Source of the DNA: an uncultured bacterium
GTDB lineage: Bacteria; Arandabacterota; Arandabacteria; Arandabacterales; Arandabacteraceae
Direction: 5' to 3'
NCBI GenBank assembly: GCA_964598025.1
Contig: CAZRAU010000006.1
Coordinates: 3,600 to 67,599 of the forward strand
Length of the DNA: 64,000 nucleotides
Position 1 is the first letter of the stretch; each line of letters starts with the position of its first letter. Below are positions 26,814 through 36,779 of this stretch, in pieces. The translations under genes and the position numbers were made by a program. Below the pieces are notes generated by a model. The model was given only the letters and a program-made list of their open reading frames with translations. It was not told the origin of the DNA and did not search any database.

Positions 26814-27291
26814 GGTAGGTCACAGGGATATCCCGCTCTGGGACATCCCTCGCGTTCGCCAATCGCCCGGGGCCGATGAGTCCGGCACATCCGAACATGA
26901 TGTCGGGATTTTTGGCGGTGAATTGCAGTCCTGTTGGTATTCTTGGTGAAGTCTGCCCCGAATCGCCGACGTCCGGCACCAGCTGGCTCAGCTGAGCAGG
27001 CCAAAGGGATCTGCGCCGGTACGATCGTGGGCCGTGCTCTTCGCACTGCAGCAGTGCATAATGCATCTGCCCTCATCTCGCAGATTGCATCGCGACTGAG
27101 TGCAGTCTGACCGTGAGGCATCATCCGAGCGGGCCGACAGGAAGGCCGGGCACCGACGTGACAATCCCGATTGACACGCCGTGCTTCGGAATGTTCTTGA
27201 CTGAAGGCGTCCCCTGGTGGAACATAATCAATGTCGGTAAGAAGGAGGACCAGTCCTGCCCGGAGGAATCCCCAAAGAACTGAGAGTAAGT

Positions 27292-27837
27292 GTGCTCACC
27301 GTCTTCGGAGTGCTCTCCACGATCGGCATCGGACTGATGCTCCACCGTATCCCGGCCCTTGGCCGGTTGGTTCTCAAAGGTCAGAACGCATTTGTGATCT
27401 TCAACATCTATGGGTTGGCCTTCTCCCTGATCGGCTCCGCCTCAACGGTTATGCGCAGGAGGGACACGACCATCCTGATTCTCGCAGCAACTGTAATGTG
27501 GGGCATCTTTATGGCTAGAGGGATGTCCTCAGAAATGATACGCTTCCTTCTCTTCGCCGCGCTCATAACCATAGGGCTTCGGATCGGTGGGCGACGAGTG
27601 GCGATGGCTTCGAGTGCGGCCAGGATAGGTTTGAACACCCTGATTGGAGGCGCAATGGCGGGGATTGGTGGCATGATATACTACGGTGTGGGGGGGCTTC
27701 TTGGGGCGCCCGATGCTGCTACTGCCGGGGGTGTGGCCGTGGGCCTTCTCTGGGGTCTCTCACTTGGGGTGGCGGTCAACCTGGGTGTGGTTTCAGGCAG
27801 CGAGGTGGTGGATTGCATAGCCGGGAAGGCAAGATAG
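27292..27837 (+). CDS. Hypothetical polytopic membrane protein
   Basis: About 5-6 hydrophobic Gly-rich segments; frame is open back to 27241, so the start is uncertain. Confidence 0.7.
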   Translation: MLTVFGVLSTIGIGLMLHRIPALGRLVLKGQNAFVIFNIYGLAFSLIGSASTVMRRRDTTILILAATVMWGIFMARGMSSEMIRFLLFAALITIGLRIGGRRVAMASSAARIGLNTLIGGAMAGIGGMIYYGVGGLLGAPDAATAGGVAVGLLWGLSLGVAVNLGVVSGSEVVDCIAGKAR

Positions 27838-28604
27838 TAGTCGGGACCTCCGGTTACAGCTTCGATGACTGGGTGGGGACCTTCTATCCCGAACGGACCA
27901 AAAAGGGAGACATGCTGAAGGAGTATTCGAAGCACTTCAGTTGTGTGGAGGTCAACTCGACCTATTACAGAATCCCACACCCTGTGGTTCTCAGGCGAAT
28001 GGAAGAGAAGACCCCGCCCGGGTTTGAATTCGTCATAAAAGCCAATCAAGAGATGACTCATAAGGGGTCCAGGGATATTGCTCTCTATCGGGGTTTCATG
28101 GATGCAATCCGGCCGATCATAGAGGCCGGCAAGTTCCAAGGCGTGATTGCCCAGTTCCCCTGGGGCTTCAAGCATTCAGTCGAGAATCTCGCCCATCTCA
28201 AGTTCCTCAAGGATCGGTTCAGCGATTGCCCGCTATTTGTGGAATTTCGTAACCGCAGTTGGATCACGGAAGATGTCTTTGGGGAACTGGAGAATACCGG
28301 TATCGGATACTGCTCGGTTGACGAACCGCGGCTCACAACTCTGGTTCCGCCGGTAGCCAGGGTGACCACAAACTTGGGGTACGTGAGGCTCCACGGCAGG
28401 AATGCTAAGAACTGGTGGGGTCGGGGTGGTGGGGACAGATACGACTATCTGTATAGTGAAGAAGAACTCAAGGAATGGGTGGCGAAGATACAGACAATGT
28501 CACAGAAGGCCGGGAAGACTTTCGTTTTCTTCAACAACTGCCATGCCGGGCAGGCTGCTCGCAATGCCCAGCTGATGAAGGATCTTCTGGGCCTCCCACT
28601 CTAG
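27813..28604 (+). CDS. DUF72 (YecE/YunF) family protein
   Basis: VGTSGYS, VEVNSTYY, VEFRNRSW, YVRLHGRN, YDYLYSEEEL, FFNNC. Confidence 0.93.
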   Translation: MHSREGKIVVGTSGYSFDDWVGTFYPERTKKGDMLKEYSKHFSCVEVNSTYYRIPHPVVLRRMEEKTPPGFEFVIKANQEMTHKGSRDIALYRGFMDAIRPIIEAGKFQGVIAQFPWGFKHSVENLAHLKFLKDRFSDCPLFVEFRNRSWITEDVFGELENTGIGYCSVDEPRLTTLVPPVARVTTNLGYVRLHGRNAKNWWGRGGGDRYDYLYSEEELKEWVAKIQTMSQKAGKTFVFFNNCHAGQAARNAQLMKDLLGLPL

Positions 28605-28620
28605 CCACGTTCAAAAAGCA

Positions 28621-28645
28621 AAGGGAGCCGAATGTCGGCTCCCTT
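28621..28645. terminator. Intrinsic terminator between convergent genes
   Basis: AAGGGAGCCGA-ATG-TCGGCTCCCTT; T-rich tail on the minus strand. Confidence 0.75.
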
Positions 28646-28670
28646 GACTTCTTGTCTTGTGACCCGGCGA

Positions 28671-29258
28671 CTATGGGCAGGCGTGCAGGTAATGCGACGC
28701 GAAAGTGACGAAATCGACCAGGTCCACAATACCATCGCAGTTATAATCACAGCAGGGATCCGCTGTCAAATAGGCAGATGCGAAATTAACGAAATCGACC
28801 AGGTTGACAATGCAGTCCCCATTGTTGTCAGGGCTCGCGATGAATATGATGTTGCTGGGGTTGAAGACTATTCCTTCGGAGTCTGCACCCCACTGCATAT
28901 CTCCGCAGCCACCGAAATCAGTGTAATAGAAAATGGCCTCCCCGTTTATGTCGGTAGTGCCGGTCTGAGGATCCTCACCGGGGCAGAAACAGAAGGGGCC
29001 TCCTGTCACAGGGATGGCATAGCAGTTGACAATCTTACCCGGAAGCGGGTCGCCGTAGATGTTTCTCACCGTAACGGTTACCTTGACGCGTCCCATGTCG
29101 CTTGCCGGGCAAACCACCGCAGTATTGGGATTGCAAGTGGGTGTGAGTTCTCCGACTGCCACGACGGTGGAGGTGCTAGCCGAAGGAATTCCCGCGGATG
29201 CGGCTGTCGCAACCGCCAGACTCAGTACAGCCAAAATCGAAATCAGAAGAGTTCTCAT
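28671..29258 (-). CDS. Secreted protein with Ig-like (Big_1-like) domain and twin EF-hand/dockerin-like C-terminal repeats
   Basis: GGAGGT RBS; signal peptide; VTVTVRNIYGDPLPG; DNNGDCIVNLVDFVNF and DYNCDGIVDLVDFVTF. Confidence 0.85.
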   Translation of the reverse strand: MRTLLISILAVLSLAVATAASAGIPSASTSTVVAVGELTPTCNPNTAVVCPASDMGRVKVTVTVRNIYGDPLPGKIVNCYAIPVTGGPFCFCPGEDPQTGTTDINGEAIFYYTDFGGCGDMQWGADSEGIVFNPSNIIFIASPDNNGDCIVNLVDFVNFASAYLTADPCCDYNCDGIVDLVDFVTFASHYLHACP

Positions 29259-29370
29259 TACTTTACCTCCATCTTGGTTGCCCTTTCCCAAAGTTCCCTG
29301 TCCTGGATACGCACCTCCCTTCCGCCAATTACAACTCGAGAATCGATATCTCTATTCAATGTCATTTTAA

Positions 29371-29400
29371 AGCATACCATAATTAAACACGTATTGTCAA
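29371..29400 (-). promoter_or_regulatory. Sigma70-type promoter
   Basis: Minus strand TTGACA-18-TATGCT with TGn extension. Confidence 0.65.
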
Positions 29401-29806
29401 GCGTTCCAGGCTGCTACGGCCTACTCTGTTTCACGGGATAACCCTGCACAATCGCCACCGGTTCTTCGGTGCGGGGTCACCCATTATATCGGCCGGCCCG
29501 ATCACCTCCTTTCGATGCCAAGCAAGGCTCCCTGGTTTTGCGCAATGAATGATGCTGATAGCCTCGCTTACTACTATCACTGCAGACTTCATTCTGCCGG
29601 ATGGATACAGATCGCGGCTACAGCTCTATTCCCATAGGACGAAGCCAGTGTACCAGATTGTGTCATGCAAGTCAAGGCAATCACGCGGTTACCCTGCAAT
29701 GCTATTCCAGTGTTGACCCCGGGGGAGCTCCGCTGGTAGCATCTCGTTGTACCGACCGGGACGCCGATCCCATGGGTGTCCCGAGGGTATCAGGAAAGGG
29801 GCTAAC

Positions 29807-31771
29807 ATGGTCACGGACGTATTCAGTCGGGTAGCACTTGAGGCCTCCGCCGACAGGGCCTACGATCACCTTGTTTCCATTTGCAGGTTCCACCGTATAC
29901 AGGCGAGCCCGGGATATCGGGCGGCCTCGGAGTATTGTGTGGACCGCATGCTCGAGGTCTCCGAAAACGCCCGGGTGATTCACTACCCGGCGGATGCGGC
30001 GGTCAGATTCTGGCACCTCCCGTCTTTCGAAGAATGGTCCGCCAAACAGGGTATACTCGAGATTGCAGGTGTCCCGGGTTTAGCGGGCAAGCTCTCGGAT
30101 TACCAATCCTGTCCAATCTCGCTGATCCAACGCAGCAAGGCCACTCCGCCGGGGGGCGTCAGCACGGAAATCATCTATGCGGGTGAAGGGACGTCGTTGA
30201 AGGACTACCGCCGGGCTAAGGGCAAGATTGCCATATGTGATTCTCACTGCCCGCGGCACGTGTACGATGCCGCAGCGAAGGCTGGTGTCGCAGGCATCAT
30301 CCTCTATCGCCACCGCCCCATACCCGAGTTGCGGACGGGCTTCGGTGTGACAGGCGTGCGGCAGTATAACTCCTTCTGGTGGAATGAGAGGGACCTCTTC
30401 GGTTTTGTGCTGACGCCCGAGGACGGCCGGCAGATTGTCTCGTACCTGTGCTCGCCGGAGGGAAAGAGGAAGCCGGTAAGGGCGTGGGCGCTGGTGGAGA
30501 GCGAATCCTATCCGGGGTCACTCGAGGTTGTGACTTCGCTTGTACCCGGGCGAGAGCCGAAGGAGATTCTAATAATAGCACATCTCTGCCATCCGAAACC
30601 CTCGGCTGGAGACAATGCCTCCGGTGTCGCCGTTGCTCTTGAGACCCATCGTGTGATCGCTCACCTAGTGGAAAAGGGAATCCTGCCTCAGCCTCGCTAT
30701 GGGATACGCTTCATGCTCGTTCCGGAGATGACCGGGACTTTTGCCTATCTCTCCCGAGAACCCGGCCTCAGCCGGCGCCTCCTTTTCGGCTTGAATCTGG
30801 ACATGGTGGGGCAGGATCAGGAGACGACCGGCGCTACCCTGTGTATAGAATCTCCGCCGCTGGCGTCGCCATCCTTTACGCCCTATCTATTGGAGGCGAT
30901 TGTGAGAGAGGCATTCTCGCGCGGGGCCAACCCCGCAGGGACCGCCGGTTTGCCGTCCATCAGAATGCAAGCCACCCCATTCTCGGGGGGGAGCGATCAC
31001 TATATACTGTCGGATCCCACGGTCGGGGCGCCGACTCCCATGCTCATGCAGTGGCCTGACAGATACTATCATACCAGTGGAGACACCATCGACAAGGTGT
31101 CTCCCGATGTCATGCGCAGGATGGTCATCGCCGCTTCTGTCTATGCGTACACATGTGCCCGGGCCTCCGAGGATGACCTGATGTGGCTCGCCGGTCTCAC
31201 GGGTAGGGGGCTGCGGAAGTGGGTAATCGATGAAATAGGCAGGTTCTCCGAATCCGGTCGGCCGCAGCCTGTTACGCCTGAGTATATGGCAGACTTCCTT
31301 CTCAAACGCAGTAAGGAAGCCCTCAGGAGCATAAGCAAGTTATCGCCCCGTTCCAAGACGCTGCGGGCTCGGATCAAGGCCGAGGAGAGAATGCTCGCTC
31401 GCTGTATCAAGGCCGAAGCCGTTATGACGTCGGCCAGGTTAAGACGCGGGGCCGGCAGGGCGGTGTCCTCAAAGCTGGGGGATCGGTCAGGAACAGTCTA
31501 CAGGCGGACGCTCCCGGGCCCGGTCGACATGGGCGCGCTTCTCATGGATCTCGGCCCCAGGTGGAAGGCCCGCTACCGGAGGTGGCTGACGAAGGAGAAG
31601 GCGGCATACGTAATGCAGCCGCTAACGCTCTACTGGATGGATGGCCGGAGGCCCTCGGAGGAGATCTGTCGGCTCCTGGCTGCGGAGACAGGTCATTGCA
31701 ATCCAGAGTTCTTGGGGTTCTATCTTGACCTCCTTGAGGAAGCCGGCATCATCGAGCCCGTAGAAGTCTGA
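29807..31771 (+). CDS. DUF4910/M28-type metallopeptidase with PA-like insert and C-terminal wHTH-like tail
   Basis: [55 protein letters not shown]. Confidence 0.9.
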   Translation: MVTDVFSRVALEASADRAYDHLVSICRFHRIQASPGYRAASEYCVDRMLEVSENARVIHYPADAAVRFWHLPSFEEWSAKQGILEIAGVPGLAGKLSDYQSCPISLIQRSKATPPGGVSTEIIYAGEGTSLKDYRRAKGKIAICDSHCPRHVYDAAAKAGVAGIILYRHRPIPELRTGFGVTGVRQYNSFWWNERDLFGFVLTPEDGRQIVSYLCSPEGKRKPVRAWALVESESYPGSLEVVTSLVPGREPKEILIIAHLCHPKPSAGDNASGVAVALETHRVIAHLVEKGILPQPRYGIRFMLVPEMTGTFAYLSREPGLSRRLLFGLNLDMVGQDQETTGATLCIESPPLASPSFTPYLLEAIVREAFSRGANPAGTAGLPSIRMQATPFSGGSDHYILSDPTVGAPTPMLMQWPDRYYHTSGDTIDKVSPDVMRRMVIAASVYAYTCARASEDDLMWLAGLTGRGLRKWVIDEIGRFSESGRPQPVTPEYMADFLLKRSKEALRSISKLSPRSKTLRARIKAEERMLARCIKAEAVMTSARLRRGAGRAVSSKLGDRSGTVYRRTLPGPVDMGALLMDLGPRWKARYRRWLTKEKAAYVMQPLTLYWMDGRRPSEEICRLLAAETGHCNPEFLGFYLDLLEEAGIIEPVEV

Positions 31772-31837
31772 CACCGCATCGTTCACGAGGGGCGAGTGTC
31801 TCGGCAGCAGATGGGTATTTATCACCAGGCTGCGCCA

Positions 31838-31982
31838 GGATTTCATAGGCTCAAAGCTACCTTTGGGTGCTCCGCAGATCGGGCAGACCCAATCGCCGGG
31901 CAGGTCCTCGAATTTGGTGCCTGCCGCTATGTTATTGTCGGGATCACCTACCGCGGGGTCATAGACGTAGCCGCAATGACAT
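31838..31982 (-). pseudogene. Rubredoxin with disrupted start and missing stop
   Basis: [40 protein letters not shown]; the RBS-supported ATG at 31982 is out of frame; no in-frame stop until 31622. Confidence 0.75.
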
Positions 31983-32102
31983 GCGAACTCCTGATTCCCA
32001 GATTGATTTATGCTTGACAGCGTCCACGGGTGTGTGGTTAGTATGTGTGAGTCGGTCCGAGCATGTGGAAGCGCATGGACGGCTACCACCGGAAGGGGGA
32101 AG

Positions 32103-33317
32103 ATGCGGAGCCGAGCGGTCTTGATCGTTCTATTGGCTGTTGTCTTTCTCCTGCCGGCGTTACTTTGGTGCCAAACCCCTGATTCGGCGGTCGTCGAGCC
32201 GATCTCTGTACGCCCGCCTTCCGGGTTCCGGGTCTTCGATACTCCGAGCGATCATGCTCAGAGCCTGACCCTCGAATGGGGTCTTTCCCCTGATGACGGC
32301 GGGGGCGCGGACAATGTTGTGGGCTACCGGATACTGCGTTCCGAATCCGCCGACGGGGAATTCACCGTGGTAGGTGAGGCGCCGGCCGGCGAAAGCGAAT
32401 ATGCCGACCGGGGCACGACCGGCGGGACCGCGTATTACTACAGGATAATGGCTGTGGCCGCCGGTGGGGTGAGCGAGATGGTAGGGGCGGGCCCCGCCAC
32501 CCCCAAGCAGAATTGGTTTAGCCGGGACCGGGCGAATCTCATGGTAATCGCCATAATCCTCGTCTTCGCGATAACTTACTTCATATATTTGAGCACTACG
32601 GGCCGGGATCTTTACATACGGAAGATCGCCGGACTGGAAGCCGTAAACGAAGCGGTGGGACGGGCCACCGAGATGGGACGGCCCATTCTTTTCGTCCCGG
32701 GTATCCAGGATATGGACAACGTCCAGACGGTGGCCGGGATCGCCATACTGGGCCATATTGCCCAGCGGACCGCCACCTATGAAACCCAACTTGAGGTCCC
32801 CGTGTCACGTTCCATCACCATGAGCGTTGGCAGGGAGACGGTCAAACAGGCCTATCTGGAGGCAGGGAGGCCGGACCTCTACAATGATGACATAGTCCAC
32901 TATATCACCGACGAGCAATTCGGATACGTGGCTGCCGTGGACGGGATCATGGTAAGGGAGCGGCCTGCAGCATGTTTCTACCTGGGAGCCTTTTTCGCGG
33001 AGTCGTTGATATTGGCCGAGACCGGCAACTCCATCGGGGCCATCCAGGTGGCCGGCACGGCGATGCCTACTCAGCTCCCCTTCTTCGTCGCTGCCTGTGA
33101 CTACACCCTTATCGGCGAAGAGCTCTTCGCGGCCAGTGCGTATCTCACGGAAGACAAGAAGATGAAGGGCAGCCTCAAAGGTCAGGATGCCGGAAAAGCC
33201 GTTGCCATGTTCTTCGTAGTCCTGGGAGTAGGACTGGGGACGCTGGCCCTAGTGACCGGCAGCAGCGGGCTTAAGTCGGCGTACGAGTTCATACTTAGTT
33301 TCTTCAGTTTGAACTGA
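32103..33317 (+). CDS. Fibronectin-III domain + DUF6754-like membrane protein
   Basis: Signal peptide, FN3 (LTLEW...GYRILR...YYYRIMAV), [42 protein letters not shown]-terminal TM. Confidence 0.85.
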   Translation: MRSRAVLIVLLAVVFLLPALLWCQTPDSAVVEPISVRPPSGFRVFDTPSDHAQSLTLEWGLSPDDGGGADNVVGYRILRSESADGEFTVVGEAPAGESEYADRGTTGGTAYYYRIMAVAAGGVSEMVGAGPATPKQNWFSRDRANLMVIAIILVFAITYFIYLSTTGRDLYIRKIAGLEAVNEAVGRATEMGRPILFVPGIQDMDNVQTVAGIAILGHIAQRTATYETQLEVPVSRSITMSVGRETVKQAYLEAGRPDLYNDDIVHYITDEQFGYVAAVDGIMVRERPAACFYLGAFFAESLILAETGNSIGAIQVAGTAMPTQLPFFVAACDYTLIGEELFAASAYLTEDKKMKGSLKGQDAGKAVAMFFVVLGVGLGTLALVTGSSGLKSAYEFILSFFSLN

Positions 33318-33327
33318 GAGGGATTGC

Positions 33328-34014
33328 GTGAAGAGAACCATACCGCTGCTGATCACCTTCTTTGTAGGTCTCGCCCTCATCATCGCGATGTTTATTCCCC
33401 ACTCGCCTTTCCACGAGTTGGACAGCCAATTCTCGATCTTCTATGATGTCATAGCTGTCTTTGCCTTCATACTGGGAGGCGGCAACCTTCTGAAAGTCCA
33501 TCTCAACAAGATCCAGCATAAGCGCAGGGACTGGGGATACAGCATCGTCACAGTGAGCGCCTTCATGCTGATGCTCATAGCCGGGCTTTTCAAGATCGGG
33601 GTTCCGGAAGGATGGACCGGGGACTACCAGGCGACAGGAAGCCTGTTCAAGTATCTTTATGACACGACCTTCCAACCGCTACAGGCCACGATGTTTTCGC
33701 TGCTGGCGTTCTTTGTGGCCTCTGCTTCCTATAGAGCCTTCCGGGCCAAGACCCGGGAGGCCACGATTCTCCTGGTGGCGGCATTCGTGATCCTGCTGAG
33801 GCCGACACCGCTGGGCTATTATCTTACTTTCTGGCTGCCGGGGCCTCTCAAGTTCCTGCATATACCCAATCTCAGCACATGGATACTCTCAGTTCCCAAC
33901 ATGGCCGGGCAACGGGCCATCATGATCGGGATCGCTCTGGGTATCGTTTCGACATCGCTGAGATTGATACTGGGCATAGAGAGATCTTACTTGGGCGGCG
34001 AGGGCCGGAGTTAG
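33328..34014 (+). CDS. Polytopic membrane protein (about 6 TM), subunit 2 of the DUF6754 operon
   Basis: TMFSLLAFFVASASYRAFR; VPNMAGQRAIMIGIALG; ERSYLG. Confidence 0.85.
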   Translation: MKRTIPLLITFFVGLALIIAMFIPHSPFHELDSQFSIFYDVIAVFAFILGGGNLLKVHLNKIQHKRRDWGYSIVTVSAFMLMLIAGLFKIGVPEGWTGDYQATGSLFKYLYDTTFQPLQATMFSLLAFFVASASYRAFRAKTREATILLVAAFVILLRPTPLGYYLTFWLPGPLKFLHIPNLSTWILSVPNMAGQRAIMIGIALGIVSTSLRLILGIERSYLGGEGRS

Positions 34015-34017
34015 AGC

Positions 34018-34893
34018 ATGGCGAAAGAGGACAAGAGGACTTTACTCGAACGTTTGAGCAATCTGGATAGAAGAGTTATCTTCCTCCTGATCGCCCTGGC
34101 AGTGATCATCCCGCTGATCATGCACTATACCACGTCCATACCGCCCAGCCTCATAGTCCAGACCCTTTACGACAAGGTGGATGGCATGCCCCCGGGTGCC
34201 AAGATCCTCATGAGTTTCGACTACGGCCCGAGCACGGCGCCCGAAAACCAGCCCATGGCCAATGCGCTGATCCGCCATGCACTTGAGAAGGGTCATCGTG
34301 TCTATCTCATGGCGCTCTGGCCCACGGGCGCAAGGCAATCACAGGAGCTGATAGACGAGATAATAAGCGTGGAGTATCCGAATAAGGTCGAGGGAGAGGA
34401 TTGGATTCATCTCGGCTACAAGGCCGGGAACCAGGGGCTCATAAACACCCTGATGTCGAACATAAGGGCCATGTACACAACAGACATTTCAGGCCGATCC
34501 GTCGATGAGTTTCCCATGATGGATGGCATAAACACACTTCGGGATTTCGATCTGATTCTGGCCCTGGGGTCGGGTTTCCCGGGCACCAAGGAGTGGATCC
34601 AGTTCGCCGGCGACCCGGGCGACATACCCGTGGGTGGAGGCACAACCGCAGTCATGGCGCCGCTGTTGTTCCCGTATTATCCCAAGCAGATGGTGGGACT
34701 CATGGGCGGTCTGCAGGGGGCGGCCGAGTACGAAGCGGCTCTGATCGAAAACTATCCGCAGCTGCGGCAGAGATCGCGGATTGCAAGCACGACCATGGGA
34801 CCTCAAGTCACGGCGCACCTTGTTATCATAGCCTTTATAATCGTAGGCAACATGACGTATCTCTTCGAACGCAGGCGTTCCAGGAAATACTAG
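34018..34893 (+). CDS. Membrane-anchored alpha/beta-domain protein, subunit 3 of the DUF6754 operon
   Basis: IDRRVIF-like LDRRVIF + TM; SFDYGPSTAPENQPM; GLMGGLQGAAEYE; C-terminal TM. Confidence 0.85.
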   Translation: MAKEDKRTLLERLSNLDRRVIFLLIALAVIIPLIMHYTTSIPPSLIVQTLYDKVDGMPPGAKILMSFDYGPSTAPENQPMANALIRHALEKGHRVYLMALWPTGARQSQELIDEIISVEYPNKVEGEDWIHLGYKAGNQGLINTLMSNIRAMYTTDISGRSVDEFPMMDGINTLRDFDLILALGSGFPGTKEWIQFAGDPGDIPVGGGTTAVMAPLLFPYYPKQMVGLMGGLQGAAEYEAALIENYPQLRQRSRIASTTMGPQVTAHLVIIAFIIVGNMTYLFERRRSRKY

Positions 34894-34904
34894 GAGGGAG
34901 CATT

Positions 34905-35612
34905 TTGGAGGGGCAACCGTTTTTCGCATCGCCGCTTGCGAATGCCATAGGGGTGTGGATCGGGGCTTTTATGACCCTCATGATCTTCAGCTTCCTTTAC
35001 AAGGACAATCCTTTCTATAAGTTCGCGGAGCATCTGTTTGTAGGGATTTCAGCGGCTTACTGGATGACGGTTGCCTTCTGGACCACTTTGATTCCCAATA
35101 TGATCGCACGGTTGTGGCCCTCTCATATGGGTGGCGTGCTTCCTTCCGCCGTAGGCAACCACTGGCAGTGGCAGTACCTGGTCCCCTTGATACTCGGGCT
35201 AATCCTCCTCACGCGACTGGTCAGCCGGATAGCGTGGCTATCCCGGTGGGCAATGGCATTCGTCATAGGATACGCTGCCGGGACCAACTTCACCCGGTAT
35301 CTCCAGTCGGATTTCGTGAGCCAGATACACAACACGATGGTCCCGCTCTATGAGCCCGGGAAGACTGTGGGGGCTACCATTGGAACCATCTTCTCAAGTC
35401 TCGTGATCGTGGGTGGGGTGATCTGCGCCATCGTCTATTTCTACTTTTCCAAGGAGCACAAGGGCGTGTTCGGCAAGGCGGCCCGGGTGGGTGTATGGGT
35501 GCTTATGACCGCGTTCGGCGCGTCATTTGGTTACACGGTGATGGCCCGGGTGTCGCTTCTCACCGGCCGCATGCGCTTCCTCATAGAATGGGCCTCAGGG
35601 CAGTCCTGGTAG
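34905..35612 (+). CDS. Polytopic membrane protein (about 6 TM), subunit 4 of the DUF6754 operon
   Basis: AGGAGG RBS + TTG; FSFLYKDNPFYKFAEHLFVG; FGASFGYTVMARVSLL. Confidence 0.85.
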   Translation: MEGQPFFASPLANAIGVWIGAFMTLMIFSFLYKDNPFYKFAEHLFVGISAAYWMTVAFWTTLIPNMIARLWPSHMGGVLPSAVGNHWQWQYLVPLILGLILLTRLVSRIAWLSRWAMAFVIGYAAGTNFTRYLQSDFVSQIHNTMVPLYEPGKTVGATIGTIFSSLVIVGGVICAIVYFYFSKEHKGVFGKAARVGVWVLMTAFGASFGYTVMARVSLLTGRMRFLIEWASGQSW

Positions 35613-35784
35613 TCACCGCGTCTGCCCTTGCATTCACAGCAAATCGGCGTTTCTCGACTGCCTGATTGCCTGCTTTCTTGCGTACACCCATGTCCCGGTC
35701 TGAAACCGGCTATTGCGTTGGGGCCGAAATCAGATAGACTTAAGAAACAACTGTCTGGTCAGGGCCGAATATCCGGAGGTGTGT

Positions 35785-36684
35785 TTGAAGGGAGAACTCT
35801 GCAGGACCGTAACCGCCGATGGACTGGAGCTTCAGGGATTCCTTGCTTTGCCTGACGGCGATGCTCCCGAGGCCGGGGTGCTTCACATACATGGTCTCGC
35901 GGGCAATTTCTATGAGAACCGTTTCATAGACAATGTCGCCCGTACGATTGCGAATTCGGGGCTTGGCTTTCTCACGGTTAATACCCGCGGTCGGGATTAC
36001 CTATCCGACTTCATCTGTGAGAAGCCGGACGGCACGAAGGAATACAGGCAGATAGGTGGGATCCACGAGATCTTCGAGGAGTGTGTCGAAGACATAGGTG
36101 CGTGGATCGCCTACCTCCGGTCAAGGGGAATGCGGAGTATCATCCTTCAGGGGCACAGTCACGGGGCGCTCAAGGTGACCTACCACCTTTACAGCAAAGC
36201 CGACCCCGGCGTGGCCGGCCTTGTGCTTCTGTCTCCCTCAGATGATTTCGGGTGCCAGCGATCCAGGCTCGGTGACAAGTTCGCCGAAGCTATCGGTGTG
36301 GCGCGCGCCATGGTCGCGGAGGGTCGGGGCAGCGACCTAATGCCCGCTCGGTACTTCCATTACCCCGTCTCCGCCTGCACCTATCTCGACATTTTCGATG
36401 ATGGCTCCAGGCTCGGGATATTCAATCTGTCGCGGACGGACAGCCGGGACTTCCCGGAGCTCCGGGCGATTCGGGTGCCGGTACTTGCGATTGTAGGCTC
36501 GGTGGACGAGGCCTTCCTGGGGACACCGGAGAAGTATCTATCGCTCATAGAAGCTGAGCTTGGGGCAGCTCCGGATTTTGTGGGGGAGATCATACAGGGA
36601 GCGCCTCACAACTACCTGGATTTTGAGGACGAGGTCGCCCGGCACATAGGTAAGTGGCTACGCTCCGGCGTGGTGACATTCTGA
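35785..36684 (+). CDS. Alpha/beta hydrolase (DUF1749-like)
   Basis: HIHGLAGNF, GHSHG nucleophile elbow, LLSP, GSVDE, GAPH; GGAGG RBS + TTG 35785. Confidence 0.85.
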   Translation: MKGELCRTVTADGLELQGFLALPDGDAPEAGVLHIHGLAGNFYENRFIDNVARTIANSGLGFLTVNTRGRDYLSDFICEKPDGTKEYRQIGGIHEIFEECVEDIGAWIAYLRSRGMRSIILQGHSHGALKVTYHLYSKADPGVAGLVLLSPSDDFGCQRSRLGDKFAEAIGVARAMVAEGRGSDLMPARYFHYPVSACTYLDIFDDGSRLGIFNLSRTDSRDFPELRAIRVPVLAIVGSVDEAFLGTPEKYLSLIEAELGAAPDFVGEIIQGAPHNYLDFEDEVARHIGKWLRSGVVTF

Positions 36685-36779
36685 TCAGTCGGGCAGCTCA
36701 GACTGACAGGAGTGCCGCCTGCGATGGGGCGGGCACAGATGGCATGCACCGGCTAACCGGTTAGGAGGACACCGATCTG

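Noticed and set aside
26786-27345. Short ORFs in the region upstream of the pilin operon
   Set aside because: Mutually overlapping, low complexity of evidence, no RBS; region is better explained as regulatory
28632-29441. 269-aa plus-strand ORF
   Set aside because: Antisense to the RBS- and promoter-supported secreted protein gene
29500-29512. GATCACCTCCTTT, identical to the 16S rRNA 3' end
   Set aside because: Flanking sequence does not resemble 16S helix 45, so it is not an rRNA remnant; kept only as an SD-like motif on the minus strand
33790-33815. LLRPTPLG where a Gly-Arg (LGR.P) might be expected in the membrane subunit
   Set aside because: Cannot tell natural divergence from a base error without an alignment
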